Positions 1 to 27,798 of a DNA stretch of 64,000 bases are shown here, piece after piece. The stretch lies in NCBI GenBank assembly GCA_964106645.2, contig OZ067047.1; one strand, 5' to 3'. Position 1 is the stretch's first letter, and each line of letters starts with the position of its first letter. Source of the stretch: Podarcis pityusensis (Eukaryota). Position numbers and translations under genes: made by a program. Below the pieces are notes generated by a model, which had not been told where the DNA came from, ran no database searches, and worked only from the letters and a program-made list of their open reading frames with translations.

Positions 1-71
1 ATAATGGCAAATAACTGATTTGACCTACACACAAATTGTCTCATTCTGCTTTTAAGCCATATGAGCTAGTA

Positions 72-430
72 AAGGTAAAGGACCCCTGACAGTTACCGTA
101 AGTCCAGTCGCAGACAACTCTGTTTGTGGTGCTCATCTCGCTTTACTGGCCGAGGGACCCGATGTTTGTCCACAGTTTTTCCGGGTCATGTGGCCAGCAT
201 GACTAAGCCGCTTCTGGCAAAACCAGAGCAGTGCATGAAAACGCCGTTTACCTTCCCGCTGGAGCAGTACCTATTTATCTACTTGCACTTTGACGTGCTT
301 TCAAAATGCTAGGTTGACAGGAGCTGGGACTGAGCAAGGGAGCTCTCCCTGTTGTTGGGATTCAAACCACCGACCTTCCGATCAGCAAGCCCTAGGCTCA
401 GTGGTTTAAACCACAATGCCACCCACGTCC
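72..430 (-). mobile_element. Sauria SINE (reverse orientation)
   Basis: Starts AAGGTAAAGGACCCCTGA, the reverse of the (ACCTTT)n tail. Core GGGTCATGTGGCCAGCATGACTAAGCCGCTTCTGGC...GTACCTATTTATCTAC. Flanked by an imperfect 14-bp direct repeat, CATATGAGCTAGTA (58-71) / CATCTAAGCTAGTA (431-444). Confidence 0.85.
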
Positions 431-1501
431 CATCTAAGCTAGTAGTCCTCACCATAACTCATGGCAGTGAACTCCACAAGTTTATTTTGCTATGTGAAGT
501 ACTTCCTTTGGCCTTCTGTGAATTTAATGCAAATCTGTTCCTGCAGAGGAATGTCCAAGTTCTACTGTAATGACATTTCTGTTATCAGTCTGTCCACACT
601 ACATATGTTAATAAACATATGCAAAGGCAGCTCATACAGATACTACTAAAAATCTAATCTCTTGGGCCTTTGCTTACATGGAAGATTCTCTTATCTCTTG
701 CTGATTTTAGCTACCCCCTTATAAATTATTATTTATTTGCAAATGTAACAAGGAAAGGGGAAAAAAGATAAAAGGAAACAAGGTAAATTAAAGTTGAAGA
801 AAGAAGAGGGAAAAATAGTATACAAATAATACTAATATCAACGGTAGATCACCATTGGTACACAAATCTTAAACATGCAAGTTAATACAGAAGTGCTCCA
901 GATATCCACACAACGTTGGGGCAGTGAGATCTTAAGACCATTTTGTAATAGACCCATCTCTAATTCTTCCAACTCCACTATAAACTGGGGCAAGCAATAT
1001 TCAAAGCAGGGCCACACCATACTTTACATTTTCAAAAAATAATAATATGGAAATACCAGGCGTTCCCCACTAGTTTATATAAAGGAATCGATGCATTCAT
1101 TATTCCTAACCACCCCTAACACGGAATATGCCCCCCCTAACCCCACTGCAACAATGGAAGCTATTTTCAGTAAGAATTTTGCCAAGACCCCTCAAAACTT
1201 CTTCGGGAGTTGAAGCCAATAGGGACAATAGTATATGTGGAGAGTTAACTCTGAGGGTAGCGAGGGCTGCAGTGCAGCCTCCCAAGCAGCAGGGGCCGCT
1301 GCGACCCCGACCCAGTCCAGTCACGGGCGAACCGGAAGGGGGCCGGGGACGCCGGAGGTGAGGTTGACTTGGGGGCGGGCCTAAGGGCGGGACCTCTCCG
1401 CTCCCTTTATTACGGCCCTGGGGCAACTGCCTCCCTTTCGCCTGCGGGTTGCAGCTGCTTCTCTCGAGGGTGTCGCTTCCCTGCGCGGGACCTTCTTCAC
1501 G

Positions 1502-16741
<15,240 letters not shown>

Positions 16742-16786
16742 ATTAGTATTCAATTATTATTTCATCAGGGTATTTGTGGGGAAGAT

Positions 16787-16792
16787 AATAAA
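16787..16792 (+). terminator. ADSL: ADSL polyadenylation signal
   Basis: AATAAA 45 nt after the stop, followed by GT-rich sequence (GTGATGTGTG). Confidence 0.75.
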
Positions 16793-17815
16793 ATATATTT
16801 CAAAACAGACGTGATGTGTGAACTGAGTCTTCGAGGTTTCTGTGGCAAGTCTAGGAAATCTTAAGGACGTGTAACACTTCTGGGAGAAGGATATGCAGTT
16901 GAATTAAAGCTAAAACTTGTATTGCAATTGTCATGGGGCGTGGAGTTGGAATTTGCAAAAGCAATTGTTGGTTGAAGTGGGAGATCTGTAGGATAAAGTG
17001 TAGTGTTTCTTGGTGTACAGTGTCTTCAGCTTCCTGGCTGGAGTGGCTGACATACAAAGAGATGAAGCTATTTTATGGTTAGACCGAGCTGCTCTGAAAT
17101 TATAGAGGTTGGTGCAACTTCAAAGAGTTCATGCACACAAACAAATATTGGACTCTTGTTATAAATCACTCATTTCATTCATGGTTGTTACATTGTTCCT
17201 GAGGCAGGAATGTTAGAAATTGTTTTAAGCACAGGGTTGGAATCAGAAAGCAAGGGGGCATTTTACTCCTAGGGTTGCATTGTTTAGTAGAAGAGGAATG
17301 AATGCCTCTTCTCTCTCAGATAGAAGGTAATTCCTGCTGGGATGTGCTATATGGTTCCCATCTCTCAAAGCAAGAAATAATTCATTTCCCCATGAGAACT
17401 GTTATTCATATAGGATTTTACACAGATTTAATCAATTGATCAGTTAAAAGTCACACAATTATGTATTTTATTGAGTTCATTTTATAAGGGCCTGCAAGGG
17501 GTGCCAGAGTAGCCGGGAACTGCTGTAGGGAAAGGAACGTAGAAGAATGGAGGTGCAGAAAAGTAAATAGTCCGTAACATTCTTTGTCAGCAAAGTACGA
17601 GAGTAACGCGAGAGACTTATAAGAAGCTTAGAGAAAGAAACTAGTCACACTGCACAGCTGGTCTTGTTTATTTCCCTCTTTCTCCTTCATTTTACGCTTT
17701 TGGAGGAATAAAAGTACGTCACATTTTCCGGAAAGTCACAAGGTGTCTGTATTCATTTGAGCTCCGGCATTGGGCTTGGAAGGAGGTGGGGCCGAGGGCT
17801 CGGTTTAACCAGATT

Positions 17816-17970
17816 TAAGAACAGAAAGAGAGCCCTGCTGGTTCAGACCAGACTTATTTGGAACAGCATCATGCTTCCCTCACTGGCTGAGTAGTTGCCC
17901 CTGGGAAGCCCACAAGCAGGACATGAGCACAATAGTCCTCTTTCCTGCTCATGAGCCCCAGCAATTGGCA
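17816..17970 (-). mobile_element. CR1 LINE 3' tail
   Basis: TAAGAACAGAAAGAGAGCCCTGCTGGTTCAGACCAG...GGGAAGCCCACAAGCAGGACATGAG resembles a reversed squamate CR1 3'UTR. Confidence 0.6.
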
Positions 17971-18875
17971 GGCAGACTAGATTCCTGCATTGTAAACAGA
18001 TCCCCTCATCTTCAGATCCCATCACATGACACGAGAACTAAAGTTGTGGGAAACACTAGTATGCAATCTTGGACTATACGGGGCGTGGCTACATTGCAGG
18101 GCTGTTGTAAATCAGCAGGTCAGCCTCAGCTCCACCTCCAACTTGCTATTTTAAGAGCATGCTGCATAACAGGGTGTGCTATGCCTCAGTTGCTGAGCTG
18201 CCCCAATTTGCAGCATGAGGATAAACAATAGTAGATCACATTGCAAGGGATGTGGAGAGCCACCCTCTCTCAGCAACCCACTTGCAATATAGGGATTTGC
18301 ATTTTCAGCCCAGTCTTTTTTTAATCATAATAAAAAGTTTAACACCGTTGTTGCTATTTATTTTTGAAACGCCTTTCATACGTGTGCATTTTACAACCAT
18401 AAAGTAAAACAACTAAAATAGGTTTAATAACAATACAAATATCAACCTAAAGAAAAATTAACCCAGCTGGGAAAGCTTGTCCAAACAAGGGTGTCTTCCT
18501 TGTTGTTTCAGAAAACGAAAAGTAGCAGGCATGTCTCTTAGAGATGCTGTTTCAACAAGATGGGCAGCCGCACTCAAAAGCCCTGCTTTGGGGTGCAATG
18601 GAGCAGGCTTATAATTTAGGAAATCCAGGGAGAAGCAATAGCTGCTGTATTATTTTATCATATTAATTTCGGACAAAATAAGAACAGAATTGGAAAACAA
18701 AATGAACGCCATTCTTGATTATATATTTTCTCCCTTTGGGTGGAGGGCACCGGACAGAGCGAGCTGCACAGTCACAGTTTAATCGCTGAAATCCTGGATT
18801 TTTCCATAGTTCTTTAAGGGCAGTCGTCACTTTTACCCCGCTGACAAGTAGTCCCGTTTTTAAAACAATAAAATC

Positions 18876-18969
18876 GGCTGCAATCCTAACCGCCTCTTCT
18901 CTGAACTAAATCCTGCTAAATCCAAGGAGTTGCTCCCAGGCAAGTGGGGCCAGGGTCAGGATTGCAGGC
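18876..18969. mobile_element. ~90-bp palindromic mini-MITE; relatives at 21487-21575 and 24649-24720
   Basis: Inverted ends CTGCAATCCT ... AGGATTGCAG. Confidence 0.55.
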
Positions 18970-19620
18970 GGCAGCAGCAGCCTTCGTCCCCTTTGAATAC
19001 CGATGTTTAGAGTCGAAGATTCTAGCGACTACAGTTCCCGTGATGCTCTGCGGCGTTGGCGTCACGGTCGTGGTGGGGCTTTGGTTGCTGCGCATGCGTC
19101 GTGGGTTCGGTAGGCGCTGACGGGAACTAGATGCGGGGAAGAAGTGGGGGAAGGCTGAAGCCGTGGACGAAGGTGAGCGCCTGGAGTCCGTATGGATGGG
19201 CGGGCGGGCGAGCGGGCAGGCAAGACGGACGGGTTGCTGGTGGGTGGAGACAAGAGGGGAGCAGGCAAGGGGGTTTGTGTGGAGAGAGGAGGAGGAGGAA
19301 GAAGCAGCAGGCGGGGACCCCCGAGAACAGGCGTCCTGTTTGCGTGTGTGGATGGACGGAGTGGCTGAGGGTCAGCCCCCCCCCCCCGATGTGGGTGGCC
19401 GACTGAGGGCCGGAGCCTTAAAAGAATTGCCCCCCCCACGCCCAGGTGAAGGCAGGTGGAAGAGAGGTGGCCATAAATCAGGTGGGGGGGGCGCTGACGG
19501 GTCACATGACGTAGATCTGGTTTGGGGAGACGGTTAGGAATCCCCGCACCTTTCGCCTTTCCTCCCCCCCTGCGAAATTAAGGTCTTGTTCTCGGGCTGG
19601 CCGTCAGGGAAACGCTGCCA
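18960..19620 (+). promoter_or_regulatory. SGSM3: SGSM3 CpG-island promoter with probable non-coding exon 1 (donor GT at 19173)
   Basis: CpG island; ACTACAGTTCCCGTGATGC (ZNF143/THAP11-type) 19028-19046; TGCGCATGCG (NRF1-type) 19089-19098; strong donor AAG|GTGAGC at 19172/19173. Confidence 0.75.
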
Positions 19621-22600
19621 CTGTAGTAGGAGAGACACTTCTTTCGGTGAAGCAAAACTGTTATGCCTGATAGCAGATCATCTGGTCTAAATGGAAGCCG
19701 ACAGAGAGGGTGTCAGCGTTGTATCTGCTTCTTCCTCTTCCGAAACTCAACAGGCTAAGAAGGTGGTCACCAAGGTCAGGACTAGTTTATCCTTTATTGA
19801 TGAGGCTCACATGTCTTGTCATGCCTTTGTGATGGCCAACTAAAATTCACAAAGTAGCGAGCAAGCTTTTGCATCCTCCAGAAAAAGTGTTCTTCAGGCT
19901 AGCTTTTACCAAAGTGGACAAGGAAAACGGTGTGAGGGGGGAGGGAGACGTATTATTTTTAAAGTTCCCAAATCTGTAGTTTGTAAGATGGAGGGTCAGG
20001 AAGGGTTATGCATGTTTAATTATATTAGAATGTTTTTCAGCTAGTACTTTCTAATCTAATTAAACTCTGAATAATGTTATTAAACTACAATGGATTTTGG
20101 ATTCCCCCTCCACAGATCAACAGAGCAATCCATAGGTAAGGGGGGGGGGGGGAGACAGTTAAATGTATGACCAGCTATAAATAGGTAACCCAATTTTCCT
20201 ACTATTGACTTCTTTTGCCCTGCTCCTTTAAATAAGTGTGTGCTAACTAGTTTGTATTATTGAGAATATTATGTAGAGGAGACTAGAGTGATATTTTGTA
20301 TGGGATACCTTTAAACAGAAATGGATTTTTAGCATTTCATAAGGGAAATATCTGTTGTTGTAACAAGGGCATGTGTAACCTAGAATAATTCTATTGCATT
20401 CACACATGTCCCACTTGATGGCACTGTCAGGTGTCGCTTGACATAGAACATCCTGTGCAGTGCTTTTCTCTTTCCTCTAATTATCTCCCCCCTGTTTCTG
20501 AAGCTTTTGTGTCCATCTATTAATGCTTTCCTCTTCTAACATGTTTATATCCTATCCAATTTTTCTAGAAGGGTGTATGGAGAAACAAGGTTTCAATTAA
20601 TACAACAGTCCATAAAGCAAAATCTTCTATTCCTTTAGCACTGTTCTGTGCACAGGGCTGTCCCAAATGCATATGCGGATCAGTGTGTACTTGTGCTGTG
20701 AGGCAGGTTTTGTTTTGTCTGCCCCTCTCCCAACCAAATTCCTGTTTGTACATAACTACTTTGCTTGCCTAGGCTTTCCTCCCTTTTTGTGCCCTCCATT
20801 CACTATAATGACACTCTGAGATATCGCTAATCCTATTACAAGTATGTAGCTTGAGGTTTAGAACTTGCCAGATTTGTACCCACATTATGAATTCTAATCA
20901 GTCTACTGGAAGAAAAAAAATCCAGATCAAGGATATTGAATCTCAGAAGCTGTTGCTTCATCTGAGTTTCATTATCTTAAGTTACACTGATTACCTAAAC
21001 TAATGCCAGGTGCTGTTGTAGATTCCAGTTTCATTTTATAAAAAGGGCATGCTCCTTCATCTGGAGTGATACCAGTATTTTTTAATATTTCATTGAAAGA
21101 TTAATTGTTGTGCTTTGATGACTCACAGGACCACACTGCAGTTTTCTGACTCATTTTCCCCCCTCAAAGCATTCATGATTAGATTTGTTTGTTTGTTTCC
21201 TTGCATGTTCTCTGTTCATTTTTTGTTTCCCTTTCTTTCAACCTTTCTAGTTCTCAGTCCTGTAATGTGATCTGTTTTCTCCTTTGAAGTAGCTGATTGC
21301 TTGCAAGTGGCCAAATCATGTGATCTTTCAGTTCTAACAGACCGACCCTATGCCTCTTTATCCAGTAATAAGTCCTAGTGAGTTCAGCTGGACTTGCTGT
21401 TAAATTAACTGTATCATAACAGCTGTTCTTTATTCTTTGTGACTTACTTCCAAGTAAATGTAGACTTGCTATGCTACATGCAGCTAGGCTGCAGTCCTAA
21501 TCCCACTTAAATGGGAGTATGCCCTACTAAATTCAGTTGTACTTACTTCTGAGTAGACCTGGTTAGATTTGGGACTAAGCTCATAGAACCCAATAGGATT
21601 TATTTTTGAGTAACCATGCATGGAAGTGTTCTGTATTGATGTATTCCTTGCCTTAAGAGCTGCTTACGATAGAATCTAGTGTTGTGCACTCTCACAATGC
21701 AACTTGCCCGTCCTCTTTTCTCCACTGCGCCCCCTACACTAAACTGCTCTGGAGGGTTAGGGGATGCTCTTAAGCAGATTTGGAACTCATAGTGGACTGC
21801 AGGGGCAATGGGAGGAAGGGGAGGTGTCTCTTGGCACAAGTGAAGCTTGTTCCACTTGTAAATGCACAGCATTGGGCTCAACTCTGTGCCTTGGATAAGG
21901 GTCAATTTCAGGGGTTCCTAGAATTAGAATAAACAAAGGCTTTTATAAAGGTCCTTAAGTAAGAAAACTAGAGAAGTGAAAACGCATTGGAGTCCGAGGG
22001 ACACAAACGTCTGAGTTTATGTGAGAAAGTTCTTCTGAAGTGGTGTATTTTTGGTATTTCCAAAATACCAAGGATAGTTGATTTTCAGCAATTGCTGTAG
22101 TTCCTTTTGATTACAGAATTACAACTTTCTGTTTAATTATCCCATGTTTTGCTTTGCAACAGTCTATTATAGTGATGTGTAAGGCAATATATTATTGTCC
22201 AGGTAACAAGGCAAAAAGTAATGTAATGTTTGGGACTGAACATCCGTGAGTCATTGAAGGTGCCAAAAGTCTCTTTGCAGGAGTTAGGGATGTTTGACTT
22301 TCAGCATTTCTCACTTGGGGACATGTTACATGTGGGATTCTGTAGAGTTAAATATGAAAACATGTTCAGCAATCCACATTGCTTGTGTCCCTTTAAAACT
22401 TCATACAAAATCCCTTATGCACTGTAACTAGCATATTGCTTTAATAAACCCTCAGGAAAAAATATTCATTTAACAAATCAAACCACAACAGATGTTCTCC
22501 TGATCCTACCCTTACCTCTCTTATCTGTTACTGCCCTGTTGCAGGTGTGTATGCTTTACCTAGAATTGGCATTAATTCTTCAAGTTAATATTTGATTTCT

Positions 22601-22899
22601 GAATGGGGAGGAGCTCTTCTTAGCTTCTACTAAACAATAGAGAAGTAGACATTCATGACAGATGGGATAAGAATAGGTATAAGGAGTGGCCTTAACACTT
22701 CCTTCAGTTGACATAACCTTCCCTTTTTCACCATACTACGTAGCTTGAGTTTTTACAAATTCCACGTGTCATGTTGAACAGCTTTTATCGTTTGCATGGG
22801 CCTAGCTCACTCAAGGAAACACCTAAAGACTAAGGGCTATTAGAATGTTAATCTATAGTGAATCAGTTGCTTCCCTCTCATGTCTATATTTTAATACCT

Positions 22900-23740
22900 T
22901 TTTAAGATCTATACGAGGTATTTTTAAGGAAATATTTCATATTTCTTTTTTTAAAAAAAACTTACTATCCTTAAATCATCTTCTAATAAACTAACTGGAA
23001 AATTACATAAAATGGCTACAGAATCTAAACCACCAGCAGCTTTATAACATCAATCGTTTTTGCTTTCACAAACATTGTTCGTGTTCTGGTTCCCCTGGCA
23101 TCAGGCAAATCAGTTGTGACTTTATTTCTGTATTTATTGCTCTATTACTAATGTGTTTTATATGTTTGTCTTGGCCATTCTTTCATTAACATTTTTTGGT
23201 CACATTTTCAAATGTTTGCAATAATTTTGGATTCTGCTAATAAATTGTCAAGCGTTGCTCTTTAAAAAAAAATAGAATTTCTTCAATTCTTCAGCAAAAT
23301 AACCTCTATAGTGAACTCCAAAACATATCTTATACATTCCTTGATAACTCCTGGAAGATATTTCCAATATATTGTATTACTTTGTCACCAAATATTTAAG
23401 AATTCTGCATTGCTAGTATGCAGCACTAATTTTGTTGCCTTCTATCTAGGATCTCCCCTCCCGCATTCTGAAAGTGTAGCAAGAATGAAAGAACTTAATA
23501 TTTGGTACTCTTTGCTTAAAATGTGTCTCAAAGTTCTCTTGATTGAAAGGTACTCATCACATGATAGGGCCTTGTCGGCAGTCTCGGTAGGCAGAGTCCT
23601 TGCTGGAGCTCTTGTAATGCCACTTGTTATTCTTTGTTTAATAAAGTTGGTTTACCTTGGGTTTACCTCTTGGTTAAATAATATGTTTATAGCAGTACTG
23701 CAGACTATGCTGCCAAACTATTTCAGATAATTATGAGTTG
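22900..23740 (-). mobile_element. Possible highly decayed L1-like ORF2 fragment
   Basis: T-rich plus strand; a reverse-strand TCGTATAGATCT (RID-like endonuclease motif) near 22910. Otherwise weak. Confidence 0.3.
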
Positions 23741-26479
23741 CCCTGGGCTCTTGTTCACCTGAATAAAATGTCATTGCAGAAGTGCATTTAGGTATGTGAT
23801 GGCACATAAATAGGTAGGAACACATTGGGTAATAAATAACCAACTAAGTCATATTTAGGTAGACCTAAACTGAGTGATTATCACTAACATTGGATATCAC
23901 CTGTTGACATTAATGTCCAGCCATGTGAAGGATTTTTAATGGAGTGACCTGATATTTATCTTTGTAGAGAGTTGAGATAGCATTAATATTGTTCCCTTGT
24001 TTTTTCAGCTCTGAAAAGCAGCACTAAATGTTTAGTAGACTTATGAAAACCATCAATATTTTTTTTACAGGTAGAAGCTTAATAGAACAGCTCTGCTTGA
24101 GAAAGGAGTTTAGTTTAGTATAAGACTGACACCTTTATTCTATAAACCCTAGATGTCTGGCTTGGTTCCCATAACTTAGTCTCCTCCTTCCTTGCATCCC
24201 AATTTATGGCCCCTTTCTGGTCACCAGGTGTGATTCATCCACCCTCTTTTGCAACTTTCCTTTAGCAGTGCTGTGTTTGCCTGAATCTCTTCCTCTTTGT
24301 CAGGTCTTGAAAGCAGTTGCTAAGGAATGCTCCATAGCAACCAAAGGCAGGAAAAACCTGCCCACCTAGTTCAGTTTATTTAATATTCAGCTATTTATGA
24401 ATAAGTTTAGTGAGCTGTGCAGGGGTGGGAGGGAATAGGTAGGAGGAGTGGGCTGGTGATCATGCAACACATTAGACATGGCTGCCTATTATTTTAGAGG
24501 AGAAAGAAATTCTCACATAACTGCCTTTATTACCTTAGTCTGTAAAGGACCTTGGCAATATGACTTTCTCTGATACATATTGTCTTTCACATTCCATGTT
24601 GGAGTACTCTGATGGAGTACTCTTGTCTGTGACAATGGATTTGTTAGTCTGCAATCCTAACTCCACAAACCTGGGAGTAAGCCTCATTGAATTCTGTAAG
24701 ACTTACTTCTGAGTAGACACCTGAGTAGTGTATCTATTTAGATATACTATCCTCTGCAAAAGTCACAGGGCAGTTTATAACAGGCAAATTAATAACGCAA
24801 TGCATAAAATCCATAAAATAACACAATCCACATAAGCACATAACAAATCACTATAGTGCAATTGCTAATAGCAGCAGCAATCAGGTCCTTCCCTCTTCAG
24901 GCACCTGCTAAAAAAGGTGCAGCTGAACTATCTGCCAAAGGTGAGGCCAAATGCACCTTGATAGGGAGGGAGCTCAACATAAAAGGAGCTGCCACTGCAA
25001 ATGCCTTTTTCCACATACCTTGTCCTGAGAAGAGAGCACCACGAGGACTCATCTGCTGATCTTGAAACATGGGCAAGCTATTATTCAAGAAGGCATTCTT
25101 GCAGATATCTGTGTCCCAAGCTGTTTAGAGCTTGCCTGGTGCCCTCATTACATATCTTTATGGGCCAGGCAAAAACATTTCTCTATAACCAGGCCATTGA
25201 CTGATTAACATTCCATGGCCTTTTAAATGTGTGTGTGGGATGGGGATTATGGATTTGTTGTTTGGTTTGTGTTTTAATATGTATTTTGCGCTCTCATTTT
25301 GTATTTCTATGCTATGATCTTCAGATGAAAGGCAGTATACAAATTTTAGTAATAATGATGATAATAGATCTTCATAGGAGTGAAAAAGTGTCTCTGTATA
25401 TGAATTAGGACTGAGACAAAAATTTGCATCCAACATTGGTTTAATTTTCTGCAGGTTTAAAAAAAAAACTTTTAAAATGATGTTTCCGACAGTCACCTCA
25501 AAACTTTAGATAGTTTTCTTCCATGTTGTAGATATTGCTCAGGAACCATGCAGGCAGCCCCAAAATGCAGCAGAGGCAGGGATTAGTAGAATGCTGCAAA
25601 ATTGATTTATGAACATGATAGTCTAGGCAGCCTTGGACTACCATATTATTTATAATAATTTATGTAGTTCTTTGAACATATAGGGTGCTCTAGAATTTTT
25701 CTCTCATTCTTGCCTTGGAATAGTTCCTTGAGATTTCCTGGTCTGAAAAATGGGAATCAAGCCCAAGAGTAACTAGGCCACCGTACAAATCCCTTAGTGA
25801 CCAAGAGGTCTTCCAGTGTAACAACATTTTGATATTATATTCAAGTTGTGAGGAAATGCAACTTCTCAAGAAAGTGATTTTCACTTCTTGCTGCTACTCA
25901 GAGTGAAAGTGACAGGTGAGAAAACTGTATCGAGAAAGTGTGTTCAAGTATTGAGAAACTTGAACAGGTTTTCAAATTTAGAAACAAAAGAATTGTCACT
26001 GCTCATCTTTGTGAAGGTCTGTTTGACTTGTTTCTTGCAGTAGCCTCCAACGTGGAGATTCTGAACCATTTCAGTCCCGGCAATGTCTGCTTTTGCTTGG
26101 GAAAAGCAACAAGCAGTGAACCTCTGAGGCCTACTGTGTCAGGTTTGTATTTATATTTGATAGTAAACACCAGTAATGGGGAACTGTTGGGCCCCCAGGT
26201 GATGTAGGACTGCACCTCCCATAATTCCTAGCCATTGGTTGCAACTGTTGGGTGCTAAAGTCCAGCAGTGTATGGAGGGCCACAGGTTTCCACCCCTGGC
26301 ATATACCAACTACCAACTACTAGCTGTCAAGGAAAACCTGTGTAGCGGACATCATGTATTATTTTTACAGAGACAGTCAATGGTGTTAACATTTCTCTGG
26401 AAAGGTTGGAGTTGAAAATCTGAAGGCAGACCTGTATCAGGGAATTTTTAATGTCTAATGTTTTACATTGTTTGTGTGC

Positions 26480-26528
26480 TATAAGCCGCCCAGAATGGCT
26501 GGGGAGACTCAGACAGATGGGCGTGGTA
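26480..26528 (+). mobile_element. LINE (L2-like) 3' terminal stub; copies at about 30605-30680 and 41835-41895
   Basis: Recurring GCC(G/A)CCCAG..TG.CTG.....C.CAG..AGATGGG.G.GGTAT(A) followed by a (TAA)n tail. Confidence 0.55.
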
Positions 26529-26554
26529 TAATAATAATAATAATAATAATAATA

Positions 26555-26591
<37 letters not shown>
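26529..26591. repeat. (TAA)9(TTA)12 inverted microsatellite
   Basis: Direct observation. Confidence 0.95.
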
Positions 26592-26592
<1 letters not shown>

Positions 26593-26854
26593 ATGGACAT
26601 AAAGTGTCATGGTGACTCCCTTAGCTAGACTTGTGTAGCTGAATCGTTAAATTAAATGCTATTATATCCTGCTTGTCAATACTTCCATCTTCATGCTTTA
26701 ATTACAGGAAGCTGTACTCATTCTGTTACTTTTAATTTAAAGCTTAACATTTAGACCTGCCCCATAATGCTGGAAAACTACACCAGTGTCAGTTTAAGAG
26801 CTAGGACAAACATAATGCAAGATCAGACATAATCTGTGCTAGGACAAACATATA

Positions 26855-27428
26855 CATGTAGACCCTGCTATCTGTTCACTTGCTATCTTAAAATCACTTA
26901 TCTGCATATAAAGAATTATGCCCAAACTTCATTATTTGCACTGCAGACTCAGATATCCGAACATTTGGCTTCCTTATTTCCTTGTTTGTGCTTTGCTGTC
27001 TGGAGGCAGCCTTTTCAGACAGAAACCATGGACAGAGGGAGATGGGAGCAGGAGAGATTGGATAAATTAGTTTGTTTGTTTGTTTTTATTTGTCTCTCTT
27101 TTGCTGATGGACTGCAGCCATTTCAGGAAGAAACCGTGGAGAGATGGGGGAAGGAGATCATACACATCCTGCATTAGAAATATTTCAAAATAAAAATAAA
27201 AATTAAGATTATAATTTGGAAGACAATTGAACTTTTTTATTTTAGTGTTTTTTTTTATTTGATTTGATTTGATATCTTAATTAGATGTTCTTATTGGAAA
27301 ATTAATAAATGCTTTAAAAAAAAATATTTCCAAAAGAAATAATGTAAATCGTGGACTTGTTATGCGAACTCTCGCCTAACAAACGGTTTCCCGGGAACAC
27401 ATTGCCTTTGATAAGTAGGGCCTGCATG
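26855..27428. mobile_element. Decayed Tc1/mariner-type non-autonomous element
   Basis: TA|CATGTAGACCCTGCTATC ... GATAAGTAGGGCCTGCATG|TA: imperfect TIRs with TA flanks. Confidence 0.45.
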
Positions 27429-27791
27429 TATACGGTATATTACACTAACCAAGATGCGAACATGCCCAGGGTTATTCTGTAAATGAGCAGACATTTGAAT
27501 TCCAATACTTCATTTCCTACACTTGAATGGCTTCCTTTATGTGTTGACTCCTGACATAGAGTTACTCTTGGAACATAGAAATAAGTTTATTTGGTAAGGA
27601 TTGATTTAACTAGTGTTGGCTCTGATTAGAGAGCAGCTAACTGTGAATCAACTATACTTGTTATGCATAGTTTGTTGGTCCCAAGATTAATTGCTTTATT
27701 CTTTCTGTATTATGCCTGCATCTATGTTGTAACAGGGCAGTGACCTTCTGAAGAGTAAAATAGCCACCATTGCCCACATTCCACTGCCACC

Positions 27792-27798
27792 ATGTCAG
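27792..27798 (+). CDS. SGSM3: SGSM3 first coding exon (exon 27736-27798)
   Basis: Kozak GCCACC-ATG TCA G|gtaag; acceptor aacag at 27735. Confidence 0.9.

Noticed and set aside
19062-19537. Overlapping ORFs of 91-147 aa
   Set aside because: Stop-poor CpG-island sequence giving low-complexity translations.
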